A DNA stretch of 61,957 nt, filler included. It is 7 parts of 7 records of this genome, joined end to end, with 100 filler letters (N's around TTAATTAATTAA, not from the genome) between each part and the next. Parts side by side here need not be neighbours in the genome. Positions count along the whole stretch, not along the records: positions 24,455 to 29,535 come from DRR723986_18932; positions 29,636 to 39,528 come from DRR723986_18950; 5 more parts are not named here. One strand, given 5' to 3'. Every line of letters starts with the position of its first letter. The first letter of the stretch is position 1. Below are positions 28,861 to 39,102 of this stretch, piece by piece. The notes below the pieces were generated by a model, which was not told the DNA's origin, did no database searches, and was given only the letters and a program-made list of their open reading frames with translations. Both the position numbers and the translations under genes were made by a program.

Positions 28861-29535
28861 TCAGCGCTTGTCTGAATCGTTGTAGTCCAAGCCCTGCGAG
28901 GCGAGGGTGACCACGAACAGGAAGTAGGCGAGGATGTAGAACTCGCGGCAGATCAGGTCCAGGCGCATGGACGGCAAGCGCGAGAGGTAATGGGACCGCA
29001 CGAGATCCCTGAGCATCGTCCAAGGCGCTGCTGCGGTGGCGCGGGCGGTGAGCGGAGCAACCACGAACGGCCCCTTTCTCTTGTTCGTGCCTTTGTCGTC
29101 GTCGTCACCGCCGGCGCCAACGTTGCTGGGGCCATTGCGATCGCCGCTGGCACCACCGGACTTCGGATCCTCCTCCTTTCCTTTCTTCGCGCGGTCCTTT
29201 TTCTTCGACTTGGCAATGGCCTTGGCGATGAGGTCGGCCATGGTGGCGAGGTACGCGTCCTGCTCGAGCTTGGCTTGCCTCCTGGCCTCCGCTGCCTTGA
29301 CGGCGGCCTCTTTGACCAAGAGAAACGACACCACCGAGTACTCGATGGCAGTGACGCCGCAGAACATGAGGGTTCCAAACAGGAACTTCTCGAGCCAAGT
29401 CCAGTAGGTCAGTTTGGGGAGCGACGCTTGCAGTCCCATCAGCAGCGTGATGTTGAACAGGATTGGCAACAAGGCGCTGGTCACGCGGGCTGGGGCAGCG
29501 TCGCGGTTGATGAAGAACGACATGTACGAGATCAG
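28861..29535 (-). CDS. Pentameric ligand-gated ion channel TM domain (M1 end to M4), GlyR/GABA-A-like, 5'-truncated
   Basis: LISYMSFFINRDAAPARV, M2-M3 loop ASLPKLTY, M3 ending IEYSVVSFL, a charged intracellular loop, and M4 LDLICREFYILAYFLF. Confidence 0.82.
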   Translation of the reverse strand: MISYMSFFINRDAAPARVTSALLPILFNITLLMGLQASLPKLTYWTWLEKFLFGTLMFCGVTAIEYSVVSFLLVKEAAVKAAEARRQAKLEQDAYLATMADLIAKAIAKSKKKDRAKKGKEEDPKSGGASGDRNGPSNVGAGGDDDDKGTNKRKGPFVVAPLTARATAAAPWTMLRDLVRSHYLSRLPSMRLDLICREFYILAYFLFVVTLASQGLDYNDSDKR

Positions 29536-29635
29536 NNNNNNNNNNNNNNNNNNNNNNNNNNNNNNNNNNNNNNNNNNNNTTAATTAATTAANNNNNNNNN
29601 NNNNNNNNNNNNNNNNNNNNNNNNNNNNNNNNNNN
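29536..29635. other. Artificial contig spacer
   Basis: N-run + TTAATTAATTAA + N-run. Confidence 0.98.
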
Positions 29636-29986
29636 GAGCAGGGCCTGGTTGGCCGAGAAGCACAGCGTGACGTTCACCATCGTGCCTTCGCCTGTCAGCG
29701 TCTTGCAGGCTTTCAGGCCATCCCACGTGAGCGGCAGTTTGACGGCAACGTTTTCCGCGATCGCGGCCAACTTGCGGCCTTCGGTGATCATGCCGTCATA
29801 GTCGGTGGCAACCACTTCGGCGCTGACCGGGCCTTCGACCAGGCCGCAGATTTCCTTGATCACTTCGGTGAAAGGCCGGCCAGACTTGGCGACCAGCGAC
29901 GGGTTCGTGGTGACGCCGTCGATCAGACCTGTCGCGGCAAGCTCCGCGATATCGTCAATGTTCGCGGTATCTACAAAGAATTTCAT
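29636..29986 (-). CDS. fsa: Transaldolase / fructose-6-phosphate aldolase family, 3'-truncated
   Basis: [24 protein letters not shown] (Schiff-base Lys) and VNVTLCFS. Confidence 0.9.
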
Positions 29987-30019
29987 GTATCCTGTCCTTG
30001 TGTGCAGCGACGGGGCAGA

Positions 30020-31330
30020 TCAAACGGCCGGGCGGCCGATGGAGGTGTAAGCGAAACCTTTCGCGGCCATGTCTTCCGGCGAATAGATGTTGCGCAAGTC
30101 TACCACGACGTTGCTCTTCAGTGCAGCCTTGATGCGCTCAAGGTCAAGGGCCCGGAACTGGTCCCATTCGGTCACGATGACAAGCGCATCGGCATCCTGG
30201 GCAGCCTCATAGGCATTCTTGGCGAACTGGATGTCCTTCAACAGATGGCTGGCCTCTTCCATCGCTTCGGGGTCGTAGGCCTTGATCGTTGCGCCGGCCG
30301 CCTGAAGCGCCGGCAGGATATCGAGGCTCGGCGCGTCGCGCATGTCGTCGGTGTTTTGCTTGAAGGCGAGGCCAAGCACGCCAATCGTCTTGCCGCTGAC
30401 ATCGCCGCCCATGGCCGCAATCACCTTGCCAGCCATCGCTTTCTTGCGGGCCGCATTCACCTCAACAACCGTGTCGACGATGCGCACCGGGCTGTCATAG
30501 TCGTTGGCCGTCTTGGTCAGCGCCAGCGTGTCTTTCGGGAAGCAGGAACCGCCATAGCCCGGCCCGGCATTCAGAAATTTCCTGCCGATGCGGCCATCGA
30601 GTCCGATACCACGGGACACTTCCTGCACGTTCGCGCCAACCTTTTCACAAAGGTCTGCCATCTCGTTGATGAAAGTGATCTTCACAGCGAGGAAGGCGTT
30701 GGCCGCGTACTTGATCAGCTCGGACGTCCGGCGGGCGGTGAACAGGATCGGCGTCTCGTTCAGGAACAGCGGACGGTAGAGTTCCTTCATCACCTCGCGG
30801 GCACGCTCGTCATCGGTGCCGACCACAACGCGGTCCGGAATCTTGAAGTCCTTGATGGCGGCACCTTCGCGCAGGAACTCCGGATTTGACACAACGGCGA
30901 AGTCGCCATCGGGGCGGGCCTTCCGGATGATCTCTTCAACCTCATCGCCGGTGCCGACCGGCACGGTCGACTTGGTCACAACCACAGTGAAGCCGTCCAT
31001 CAGCTGGGCGATTTCTTCTGCGGCACCGTAAACATAGGAAAGGTCGGCATGGCCATCGCCGCGGCGGGATGGCGTGCCGACGGCAATGAACACCGCATCG
31101 GCGTCACGAATGGCTTCCGCCGGGTCGGTCGTGAAGAACAGCCGCTCTTCCTGGACATTCTTCGCAACCAGATCATCGAGACCTGGCTCGTAGATCGGCA
31201 TGATGCCGGCTTCCAGCTTCTCGATCTTGGAAGCGTCCTTGTCGACACAGGTAACCGTATGGCCGAAGTCCGCAAAGCAGGCGCCGGAAACCAGCCCCAC
31301 ATAGCCTGTGCCAATCATTGCAACGCGCAT
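30020..31330 (-). CDS. ugd: UDP-glucose 6-dehydrogenase
   Basis: IGTGYVGL, TKSTVPVG, SNPEFLREG, GYGGSCFPKD and GLAFKQNTDDMRDAP. Confidence 0.95.
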   Translation of the reverse strand: MRVAMIGTGYVGLVSGACFADFGHTVTCVDKDASKIEKLEAGIMPIYEPGLDDLVAKNVQEERLFFTTDPAEAIRDADAVFIAVGTPSRRGDGHADLSYVYGAAEEIAQLMDGFTVVVTKSTVPVGTGDEVEEIIRKARPDGDFAVVSNPEFLREGAAIKDFKIPDRVVVGTDDERAREVMKELYRPLFLNETPILFTARRTSELIKYAANAFLAVKITFINEMADLCEKVGANVQEVSRGIGLDGRIGRKFLNAGPGYGGSCFPKDTLALTKTANDYDSPVRIVDTVVEVNAARKKAMAGKVIAAMGGDVSGKTIGVLGLAFKQNTDDMRDAPSLDILPALQAAGATIKAYDPEAMEEASHLLKDIQFAKNAYEAAQDADALVIVTEWDQFRALDLERIKAALKSNVVVDLRNIYSPEDMAAKGFAYTSIGRPAV

Positions 31331-31499
31331 GGGGAAACCCTCAATCCTGCCTGTTCAAACTGGGCGGAGGGGTGCGATTTTTGTGCCAACTGGTCAAGGG
31401 GGCATGACTGTACGTCAGTTGGTTTCAGCCAGAACGAATCCACATTGACTCAACCCTCTCGAAAGAGCAGGATCAAAACGTGAACAAACGGAGGGGCGC

Positions 31500-32138
31500 A
31501 TGACCAGTCTGAAACTGTATACCAACCCGATGTCCCGCGGCAGGATCGCCCGCTGGATGCTGGAAGAAGTCGGCGCACCTTATGAGGTGGAATACCTCAC
31601 CTATGACGGCACGATGAAGGCGCCGGAATACCTTGCCATCAATCCGATGGGCAAGGTTCCGGCGATCGTTCATGGCGACCAGGTGGTGACTGAATGCGCC
31701 GCGATCTGCGCTTATCTGGCCGATGCCTTCCCGGAAGCCGGACTCGCCCCGCCGGTGGACCGCCGCGGATCCTATTACCGCTGGCTTTTCTTCGCTGCGG
31801 GCGTCGTGGAATCGGCGGTCACGAACCGCGCGCTTGGATTTTCGGTGACGGAAGACCAGAAGAGGATGGCCGGTTATGGCGAGTTCGACGACATGTACGG
31901 GGTCCTGATCAAGGCCGTCTCCGACGCAAGCCCGTATCTATGCGGCGACCAGTTTACCGCCGCCGACGTCTATCTCGGCGCGCAAGTCGGCTGGGGACTG
32001 CAGTTCGGTTCCATACCAGCGCACGATGCCCTCGCCGCCTATTGGAGCCGGCTCGAATCCCGTCCCGCCTGGAAGCGCGCCGGGGAGCTCGATGACGCCG
32101 CCGGTGCCGAAATGGGCATGCCGCCCGCCGGCAGTTGA
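31500..32138 (+). CDS. Glutathione S-transferase family protein
   Basis: NPMSRGRIARWMLEE, INPMGKVPA, ECAAICAYLAD and FTAADV. Confidence 0.92.
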   Translation: MTSLKLYTNPMSRGRIARWMLEEVGAPYEVEYLTYDGTMKAPEYLAINPMGKVPAIVHGDQVVTECAAICAYLADAFPEAGLAPPVDRRGSYYRWLFFAAGVVESAVTNRALGFSVTEDQKRMAGYGEFDDMYGVLIKAVSDASPYLCGDQFTAADVYLGAQVGWGLQFGSIPAHDALAAYWSRLESRPAWKRAGELDDAAGAEMGMPPAGS

Positions 32139-32152
32139 TCAGAGGCAGCTAA

Positions 32153-33670
32153 TCAGATTTCCTGATTGTAGGCGCCCACTTCCGGGTGCTTGCCGAGGCG
32201 CGGCTTCACTTCCTTGTGGAAGAGATCTTTCATGTCGGCTTCGCTGGCCATGGATTCGACCACGACAACCAGTTCCGGCTTGTTGGATGACGCACGTACC
32301 AGAACCCAGGAGCCATCTTCCAGCGTCACGCGGGCGCCGTTGACCGTGTTCACGTCGACCACTTTCCGGCCAAGAATCTCCGTGCCGTTCAGGCCCTTAT
32401 ACTCCTCGACCATCTTGTCGACGATGCCGTACTTGGTCTCGTCATCGCAGTGCGGCGACATGGTGAGCGAGGTCCAGGCCGTGCCCAGTTCCCCTTTCAG
32501 CTCCGCCATCGTCTTGCCGGGGTTGCGGTCCAGCATCTGCAGCACGGCCTTGGCAGCGACGAGGCCGCAATCATAGCCGAGCCCGATCGGCGGACGGAAG
32601 AAGAAGTGACCGGACTTTTCGAAGCCCGCGAGCGCGCCGAGCTCGTTCGTGCGCCGCTTGATGTAGGAGTGGCCGGTCTTGTAATAATCGACGGTGGCAC
32701 CGTTTTCCTTCAGCACAGGATCGGTCTTGTAGAGGCCGGTCGATTTCACATCGACCACGAATTTCGCGTTCGGATACTGTTTCGACAAATCTCGCGCCAG
32801 CATCAGGCCGATCTTGTCAGCGAAGATTTCCTCACCCGTATTGTCGACCACACCGCAGCGGTCCCCGTCGCCATCGAAGCCGAGCGCAACGTCTGCGCCA
32901 TGCTCTCTCACGGCTGCGGCCATTGCGTGCAGCATTTCGGAATCTTCCGGATTCGGATTGTATTTCGGGAAGGCCATGTCGAGATTGCAGTCCATCTCGA
33001 TGACCTCGGCGCCCATGGCGCGCAGCGCGTCCGGCGCAAAGGCGCCTGCCGTTCCGTTACCGCAGGCTGCGATCACGCGCAGCGGACGGGACAGTTTCAC
33101 GCCATCGGAGACGGACGCGATATATTTCTCGCGGATGCCTTCGACGCGGTAGTGCTTGCCGCCTTCGCGTTCAACGAAAGCGCCGCCCATGACGATGTCC
33201 TTCAGGCGGCCCATTTCCTCCGGCCCGAAGGTCAGCGGCTTGTTGGCGCCCATCTTCACGCCCGTCCAGCCATTCTCGTTATGGCTGGCGGTGACCATGG
33301 CGCAGCAGGGTGCATCCAGTTCGAACTGGCTCCAGTAGACCATCGGCGACAGAGCGAGGCCGACATCCATCACTTCGCAGCCGCCCTGCGTCAGGCCGAG
33401 GATCAGGGCATTCTTGATCGGCTGGCTGATGGAGCGGAAATCATGGCCGGTCACCACTTTCGGCTCGACGCCCAGCTCGTGGAACAGCGTCGCCATGCCG
33501 AGGCCGAGGGCCTGAACACCCGTGAGGTTCAGTTCCGGGGCTTTTTCCTTGCCGATACCGTTGAACCACCAACGGGCATCATATTCGCGAAAACCTGTCG
33601 GTTTCACCAGTGGCAGCACTTCGAACTCGAACGTATTCGGAGCGATGTTGGCGAGCGGCTTCGGCATCAT
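32153..33670 (-). CDS. Phosphomannomutase/phosphoglucomutase
   Basis: TASHN phosphoserine loop, FDGDGDR metal loop and GFEKSGH. GGAG RBS precedes ATG 33670. Confidence 0.93.
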   Translation of the reverse strand: MMPKPLANIAPNTFEFEVLPLVKPTGFREYDARWWFNGIGKEKAPELNLTGVQALGLGMATLFHELGVEPKVVTGHDFRSISQPIKNALILGLTQGGCEVMDVGLALSPMVYWSQFELDAPCCAMVTASHNENGWTGVKMGANKPLTFGPEEMGRLKDIVMGGAFVEREGGKHYRVEGIREKYIASVSDGVKLSRPLRVIAACGNGTAGAFAPDALRAMGAEVIEMDCNLDMAFPKYNPNPEDSEMLHAMAAAVREHGADVALGFDGDGDRCGVVDNTGEEIFADKIGLMLARDLSKQYPNAKFVVDVKSTGLYKTDPVLKENGATVDYYKTGHSYIKRRTNELGALAGFEKSGHFFFRPPIGLGYDCGLVAAKAVLQMLDRNPGKTMAELKGELGTAWTSLTMSPHCDDETKYGIVDKMVEEYKGLNGTEILGRKVVDVNTVNGARVTLEDGSWVLVRASSNKPELVVVVESMASEADMKDLFHKEVKPRLGKHPEVGAYNQEI

Positions 33671-33761
33671 GTCGGATATCTCCACGGATTGTGTGCGCGT
33701 GTTGAACACTGTTGCACATGTTTCCGCAACCGGATGCAGGTTTCACACCAATTTCAAATCG

Positions 33762-34481
33762 TTAACGCCTGCGCCGGTGTGCGTTCAGGAATTCCGCTGT
33801 CCAGCGCGCCAGACGGGTATGATCACCTTCGATTTCAAGGGATTCCAGCGCCTGGTCCGTTAAGGTTTCACCAAGCCGCGGACGGCGCAGGGAATAAAGT
33901 GCCGCAGAATAGCGATCGGCGAATTCCGGATGACACTGGAAGCTGAGCGCCGGCGCCTCCGGATAGTAAAGACCTGCGAACGGCGTGAAACCCGACGCCG
34001 CGATCACTTCCGCACCCGGCGGCAGGGACACGACCTGGTCCTGATGGCTGACAGTCGCCGAAACGGTGGGCGGGCACGCCTCTTTGATAAAGCCCGGACA
34101 GGCCACGACATCATAAGTGTGCCGCCCGACGCCCCAGCCTTTTTCAGACTTCACGACGCTGCCGCCCAGCGCCTCGGCCATGATCTGGTGACCGAAACAA
34201 ATGCCGACCTGCGGCACACCCGCGGCGGCGCCCGCACGAATGAAATCGGCCAGCGGGCCGAGCCATGCCTCGTCGTCATAAACGCCGGCGGGAGAGCCTG
34301 TGATCATCACCGCTTCCACTGTATTGAGCGCTGGCAAAGGCTGGTTCTGGATCACCGAGACGGTCTCGAATTCATATTGGCCGACGCCTGTCATCATCTG
34401 GCGGAACATGGCCGGATAATCTTCAAAGTCGCCGCGGATCGGCTCCGGCACGAGGCCGGTTTCGATAATGGTCAGTTTCAT
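33762..34481 (-). CDS. Type 1 glutamine amidotransferase-like protein
   Basis: ITGSP, GICFGHQ, SHQDQV and QCHPEF (Cys-His-Glu triad). Confidence 0.88.
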   Translation of the reverse strand: MKLTIIETGLVPEPIRGDFEDYPAMFRQMMTGVGQYEFETVSVIQNQPLPALNTVEAVMITGSPAGVYDDEAWLGPLADFIRAGAAAGVPQVGICFGHQIMAEALGGSVVKSEKGWGVGRHTYDVVACPGFIKEACPPTVSATVSHQDQVVSLPPGAEVIAASGFTPFAGLYYPEAPALSFQCHPEFADRYSAALYSLRRPRLGETLTDQALESLEIEGDHTRLARWTAEFLNAHRRRR

Positions 34482-34487
34482 GAGGCC

Positions 34488-36347
34488 CTACTCCGCCGCA
34501 ACTTCGCTGTCTGCCTCACCCGGTTCGACCAGGAACCCGCCGGACTGGCGTGCCCAGAGCTCGGAATAGAGCCCGCCGGCGGCGATAAGATCGGCATGGC
34601 TCCCCTGCTCGACGATCCGTCCTTTATCCAGCACGATCAGCCGGTCCATCGCGGCGATGGTCGACAGGCGGTGGGCGATGGCAATCACCGTCTTGCCTTC
34701 CATCAGTTCGAACAGTTTTTCCTGGATCACGGCCTCGACCTCGGAATCGAGCGCCGAGGTCGCCTCGTCGAGAATCAGCACCGGGGCATCCTTCAGGAAG
34801 ATGCGGGCAAGGGCGATCCGCTGGCGCTGGCCGCCGGAGAGTTTCACGCCGCGCTCGCCGACATGGGCATCGAGACCGCGCCGGCCCTTGGAATCTTCAA
34901 GATCGTTGATGAAGTCCAACGCGGCGGCCTTTTCACAAGCGGCCAGGATCTCGGCATCGCTGGCGCCCGGGCGTCCATAGGCGATGTTCTCGCGGATCGA
35001 CCGGTGGAGGAGCGAGGTGTCCTGCGTCACCACACCGATCTGTGCCCGGAGCGAATCCTGCGTGACGTGAGAGACATCGTGCCCATCCAGCAGGATGGCG
35101 CCGCTTTCGGTTTCATAGAAGCGAAGCAGCAGGTTTGTCAGCGTCGTCTTGCCCGCGCCGGAGCGGCCGACGAGCCCGATTTTCTCCCCCGGCCGGATCG
35201 AGAGGGAAAAGTCCTCGATCACGCCCGAGCCCTTGCCATAGTGGAAGGAGACATCCCGGAATTCGATCGCCCCCTCGCCGCGCGGCAGGTCTTCCGCATC
35301 CGGTGCATCGGCCACGGCAACCGGACGGTTGAGCATGGCCTTCCCGTCATAGACGACGCCGATATTCTCGAAGAGGCCGGCGACTTCCCACATGATCCAT
35401 TGCGACATGGACTTGATCCGCAGGGTCAGGCCGATCGCCGCTGCCACGGCGCCTGCACCGACCAGATTGCCCATCCACAGATAGATGCCGATCGCGCCGA
35501 CCAGGAAAACCAGCAGCGAATTGTTGAGATAGACGACGACATTGAAGCCGGTGACGTAGCGCATCTGCCGGTACACCGTCTGCAGGAAGCCCTGCATGCT
35601 GTCCTTCGCATAGGCTTCTTCATGCCCGGCATGGGCGAACAGTTTGACGGTCTGGATATTGGTGTAGCTGTCGACGATACGCCCGGTCATGACAGAGCGT
35701 GCATCGGCCTGCTCTTCCGCTACCTTGCCGAGCCGCGGCACGAACCAGGCCATGACGAGGCAGTAAAGCCCGCCCCACAGGAGGAATGGCAACATCAGGC
35801 GCCAGTCGGACGAGGCCACCAAAACCAGTGCCGAGATGAAATAGACAACCACGAAAACGAAGACGTCGAGGATCTTCATTACCGCCTCGCGCACCGCGAG
35901 CGCGGTCTGCATCACCTTGGTCGCGACGCGGCCAGCGAATTCGTTGCCGAAGAAGTTCATCGACTGGCCCAGCATCTGCCGGTGCATCCGCCAGCGCGCG
36001 CTCATCGGCACATTGCCCATCAGGCCCTGGTAGACGATCAGCGCATGGATCAGTGTCGCGAGCGGCAGGGCAACCAGCACCACACCTGCCATGAAGGCGA
36101 GCCGGGGGCCTTCGCGCTGAAGAAAGCCCTCCTGGTCAGCGGAGGACAGCCAATCGACGATCCCGCCAAGGAAACCGAACAGGGTCACCTCGCCCACGGC
36201 AATGAGCGCGGTCAGGGCCGCCGTGACCGCCAGCCACGGCACGGCATCACGGATGTAATACCGGACGAAAGGCCAGAAGCCGTCCGGCGGCACATCCAGA
36301 CGCTGGTCTGGAAAAGGAGCGAGGCGGTGTTCAAAGAAGCGGAACAT
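34488..36347 (-). CDS. ABC exporter, fused permease/ATPase (MdlB-like)
   Basis: 6-TM domain followed by GRSGAGKT, LSGGQRQRI, ILDEATSALD and IAHRLST. Confidence 0.92.
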   Translation of the reverse strand: MFRFFEHRLAPFPDQRLDVPPDGFWPFVRYYIRDAVPWLAVTAALTALIAVGEVTLFGFLGGIVDWLSSADQEGFLQREGPRLAFMAGVVLVALPLATLIHALIVYQGLMGNVPMSARWRMHRQMLGQSMNFFGNEFAGRVATKVMQTALAVREAVMKILDVFVFVVVYFISALVLVASSDWRLMLPFLLWGGLYCLVMAWFVPRLGKVAEEQADARSVMTGRIVDSYTNIQTVKLFAHAGHEEAYAKDSMQGFLQTVYRQMRYVTGFNVVVYLNNSLLVFLVGAIGIYLWMGNLVGAGAVAAAIGLTLRIKSMSQWIMWEVAGLFENIGVVYDGKAMLNRPVAVADAPDAEDLPRGEGAIEFRDVSFHYGKGSGVIEDFSLSIRPGEKIGLVGRSGAGKTTLTNLLLRFYETESGAILLDGHDVSHVTQDSLRAQIGVVTQDTSLLHRSIRENIAYGRPGASDAEILAACEKAAALDFINDLEDSKGRRGLDAHVGERGVKLSGGQRQRIALARIFLKDAPVLILDEATSALDSEVEAVIQEKLFELMEGKTVIAIAHRLSTIAAMDRLIVLDKGRIVEQGSHADLIAAGGLYSELWARQSGGFLVEPGEADSEVAAE

Positions 36348-36417
36348 GACCCGCCCATTTGGCGTGCCCGTCAGGGCGAGACAAGCCTGCCCGGAACAAA
36401 TTAAATAGCTGTCGCAA

Positions 36418-38160
36418 TCAGGGCACGACCGCGACAGGTGCAGGCGCCAGTTGCGCGTCGATCCAGTCATCGATCTGGTGGTCCAGCACGTCCAGCGGAA
36501 CAGCGCCCTGCGACAGGACCGCATCGTGGAATGCGCGGATGTCGAATTGATCGCCAAGGGCTTCTTCAGCCTGATGACGCAGGTCCAGGATTTTCAGTTC
36601 ACCGATCTTGTAAGCCGTCGCCTGCCCCGGCCAGCCCATATAGCGGGTGACTTCATTCTGGATGTTCAGTGGCGCGAGCGCAGAGTTTTCATTAAAACAC
36701 TTCTCCGCCTCTTCCCGGCTCCAGCCATACCAGTGCAGCCCTGTGTCAGCGACCAGCCGGCAGGCGCGCCACATTTCCATCGAGAGGCCGCCGAAACGTT
36801 CATAGGGCGTCTCGTTGAGGCCCGCCTCCATCGCGAGGTGTTCGGCGTAAAGTCCCCAGCCTTCGCCGAAGGCGGTGGCGTAGTATTGCTGGCGGAAACG
36901 CGGCTGGCCTTTCATTTCCATCGCCAGCATGATCTGCAGATGGTGCCCCGGCACAGCCTCGTGCGCCGAAAGGGCGGGCAGCTCATAGAGCGGCCGCTGG
37001 TCCAGCGCGTAGGTATTGACCAGATAGATGCCGGGCCGGTCTTCCTGCGGATCGCCTTCCACGTACCGCCCGGACGTGTAGCCAGGCGCAATTGCCGCTG
37101 GAACCGGCTCCACATCATACCAATGCTCCGGAAGCTTGCCGAAATAGTCCGGCAGGATCGCGTCCAGCTTCGCCGCGGTCTCCTTCGCCCGGCTCATCAG
37201 TTCCTCAGGCGTCTTTGCATAGAACGCCGGATCGGTGCGCAGGAAATCGAGGAAACCCTGGAAATCGCCTTCAAAGCGGATTTCCTTAAGGATGGCTTCC
37301 ATTTCGGCACGGATACGGGCGACTTCCGCCTCGCCGAGCGCGTGGATCTCTTCCGGGGAATAACCGGCGCCGGCCGTGTGATGCTCGACTGCAGCCGCGT
37401 AGGCGTCCAGACCGCCCGGCAATTCCGCGATACCGGCCCCTGCCCGCGTGTGGGGCGCATAATCCTCCTCGATAAAGGCGAGGGTCTTGCGATAGGCCGA
37501 GATCGCATTGGCGACAGCCGTCAGCCCATCCGTTCTTAGACGGGAGGCAAGGGCCGGGTCCATGCCCGCAGGCAGGTTCAGGAACGGAACGTACAGTCCG
37601 CTCGCACTCGGATCGTCGGAGATCTGTTCGCGGATCTGGTCGGTCGACACTTTCAGCGGATCGGTATGGGCCACCCAGCCTGTGGCGAGCCCCCGGCGCA
37701 TGTTCGCGACGTTCTCGGCAAAATAGCGCGGCACATCGTTCAGGCGGGCAATCCATGCCTCACCTTCGGCTTCGCTGGTGATCGTGGTCTGCATCGCCGC
37801 AAAGATGGGTTCGGCCTGGAAGCCCCAGTCACCGGTGAACGGAATGCGGGCAGTGTCGAAGCGCGCATCGTCGATGTCCGCCGACAGGAGGCGTTCGAGA
37901 ATGGCCTGATCGGTGGTCCGGTCTGTCTCGAGGGCCGCAATCGAATCGCGCAGCGCCTGCGCCTTCGCCGCCCGCTCAGATATGGCTTCGGGTGTCACTT
38001 TTCCCCAGGCCGATGGCGCTTCCCCAGCGGCACGTGCCGCTTCCTCAGGGTAAACGTCACGCACATACACCTCATATTCGGCGACCAGGGCATCCATCGG
38101 ATCGGCCGATGCCGAAGGTGTGATCAGAAACAGGGCCACAACCCACAGAAATCGTTTCAT
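36418..38160 (-). CDS. DUF885 family secreted protein (metallopeptidase-like)
   Basis: Signal peptide, then HEAVPGHHLQ, EGWGLYAE, RLVADTGLH, PGQATAYKIG and FHDAVL. Confidence 0.88.
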   Translation of the reverse strand: MKRFLWVVALFLITPSASADPMDALVAEYEVYVRDVYPEEAARAAGEAPSAWGKVTPEAISERAAKAQALRDSIAALETDRTTDQAILERLLSADIDDARFDTARIPFTGDWGFQAEPIFAAMQTTITSEAEGEAWIARLNDVPRYFAENVANMRRGLATGWVAHTDPLKVSTDQIREQISDDPSASGLYVPFLNLPAGMDPALASRLRTDGLTAVANAISAYRKTLAFIEEDYAPHTRAGAGIAELPGGLDAYAAAVEHHTAGAGYSPEEIHALGEAEVARIRAEMEAILKEIRFEGDFQGFLDFLRTDPAFYAKTPEELMSRAKETAAKLDAILPDYFGKLPEHWYDVEPVPAAIAPGYTSGRYVEGDPQEDRPGIYLVNTYALDQRPLYELPALSAHEAVPGHHLQIMLAMEMKGQPRFRQQYYATAFGEGWGLYAEHLAMEAGLNETPYERFGGLSMEMWRACRLVADTGLHWYGWSREEAEKCFNENSALAPLNIQNEVTRYMGWPGQATAYKIGELKILDLRHQAEEALGDQFDIRAFHDAVLSQGAVPLDVLDHQIDDWIDAQLAPAPVAVVP

Positions 38161-38269
38161 ATTGTCACTCCATGACCCGCCGTGCGTTGACAGGATCATA
38201 GAGACTCCTAGAACCGCAAGCCAAGCACTTGAGTGAAACTCTTACCATTCATCGGAAGGTGTCCTTCGC

Positions 38270-38668
38270 ATGTCAGGATCGTCCGGGGCTGATGCCCGCC
38301 CGCTGTCGCCTCACCTCCAGGTCTGGCGCCCCCATATCACCATGGCCGCTTCGATCACCCACCGCATCACTGGCGTCGCCCTCTATTTCGGCACTTTCCT
38401 GATCGCCGGCTGGATCATCGCTCTGGCCACCGGCGCCGAGTGCTACGACGCCATCGAGGGGATCCTCTTCTCCTGGTTCGGAAGCGTCATCCTTTATCTC
38501 TGGGCGGTCGCTGTCCTGTTCCACCTCGTGAACGGCATCCGCCACCTGCTCTGGGACGGCCCCAATATCGGCTTCGATCCGGGCCGGGCCAGCGCCGTTT
38601 CCGTTTTCAATTACGCATTTGCCATTCTGGGCGCGGCCGCCATCTGGTTCGCTGCCGCCGGACTGTAG
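38270..38668 (+). CDS. sdhC: Succinate dehydrogenase cytochrome b556 subunit
   Basis: RPLSPHLQVW, SITHRITG and HLVNGIRHLLWD. Confidence 0.95.
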   Translation: MSGSSGADARPLSPHLQVWRPHITMAASITHRITGVALYFGTFLIAGWIIALATGAECYDAIEGILFSWFGSVILYLWAVAVLFHLVNGIRHLLWDGPNIGFDPGRASAVSVFNYAFAILGAAAIWFAAAGL

Positions 38669-38682
38669 GAGGCGACAGACCC

Positions 38683-39078
38683 ATGTCGAACAGCCAGTTC
38701 CTGACCCCGACCAAAGCCGCCCGCGGCCTCGGCTCCGCCAAATCCGGTACGCATCACCATATTGGCCAGCGCGTTTCGGCCATTGCCCTTATCTTCCTGG
38801 TGCCGTGGTTCCTTTTCTCGGTCATCAACGCCGTCCAGGGCGGCGAAGAGGCTGCAATCGAATGGATTTCGCAGCCGCTGCCGGCGATCCTGCTAATCCT
38901 TACGGCCGGCGCGACCGTATACCATATGCGCCTCGGCATGCAGGTGGTCATCGAAGACTATATTGCGAAGACGGGGATGCGCTCGGCGCTGCTGATCCTG
39001 AACAGCTTCGCCTGTATCGCACTGTTTGCGGCCATCGCCCTTTCGGTCCTGAAACTGTGGATTGGCGCGGGCGCTTAA
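38683..39078 (+). CDS. sdhD: Succinate dehydrogenase membrane anchor subunit
   Basis: GLGSAKSGT, QRVSAIAL and HMRLGMQVVIEDY. Lies between sdhC and sdhA. Confidence 0.93.
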   Translation: MSNSQFLTPTKAARGLGSAKSGTHHHIGQRVSAIALIFLVPWFLFSVINAVQGGEEAAIEWISQPLPAILLILTAGATVYHMRLGMQVVIEDYIAKTGMRSALLILNSFACIALFAAIALSVLKLWIGAGA

Positions 39079-39102
39079 GCGGTCCCGCGGGAGAGTTAGA
39101 AC

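Noticed and set aside
24455-29535. Giant-virus origin or eukaryote-to-bacterium gene transfer
   Set aside because: Spliceosomal introns are present, no viral hallmark gene is seen, and spacers isolate the contig on both sides. A cellular eukaryote is the simpler explanation.
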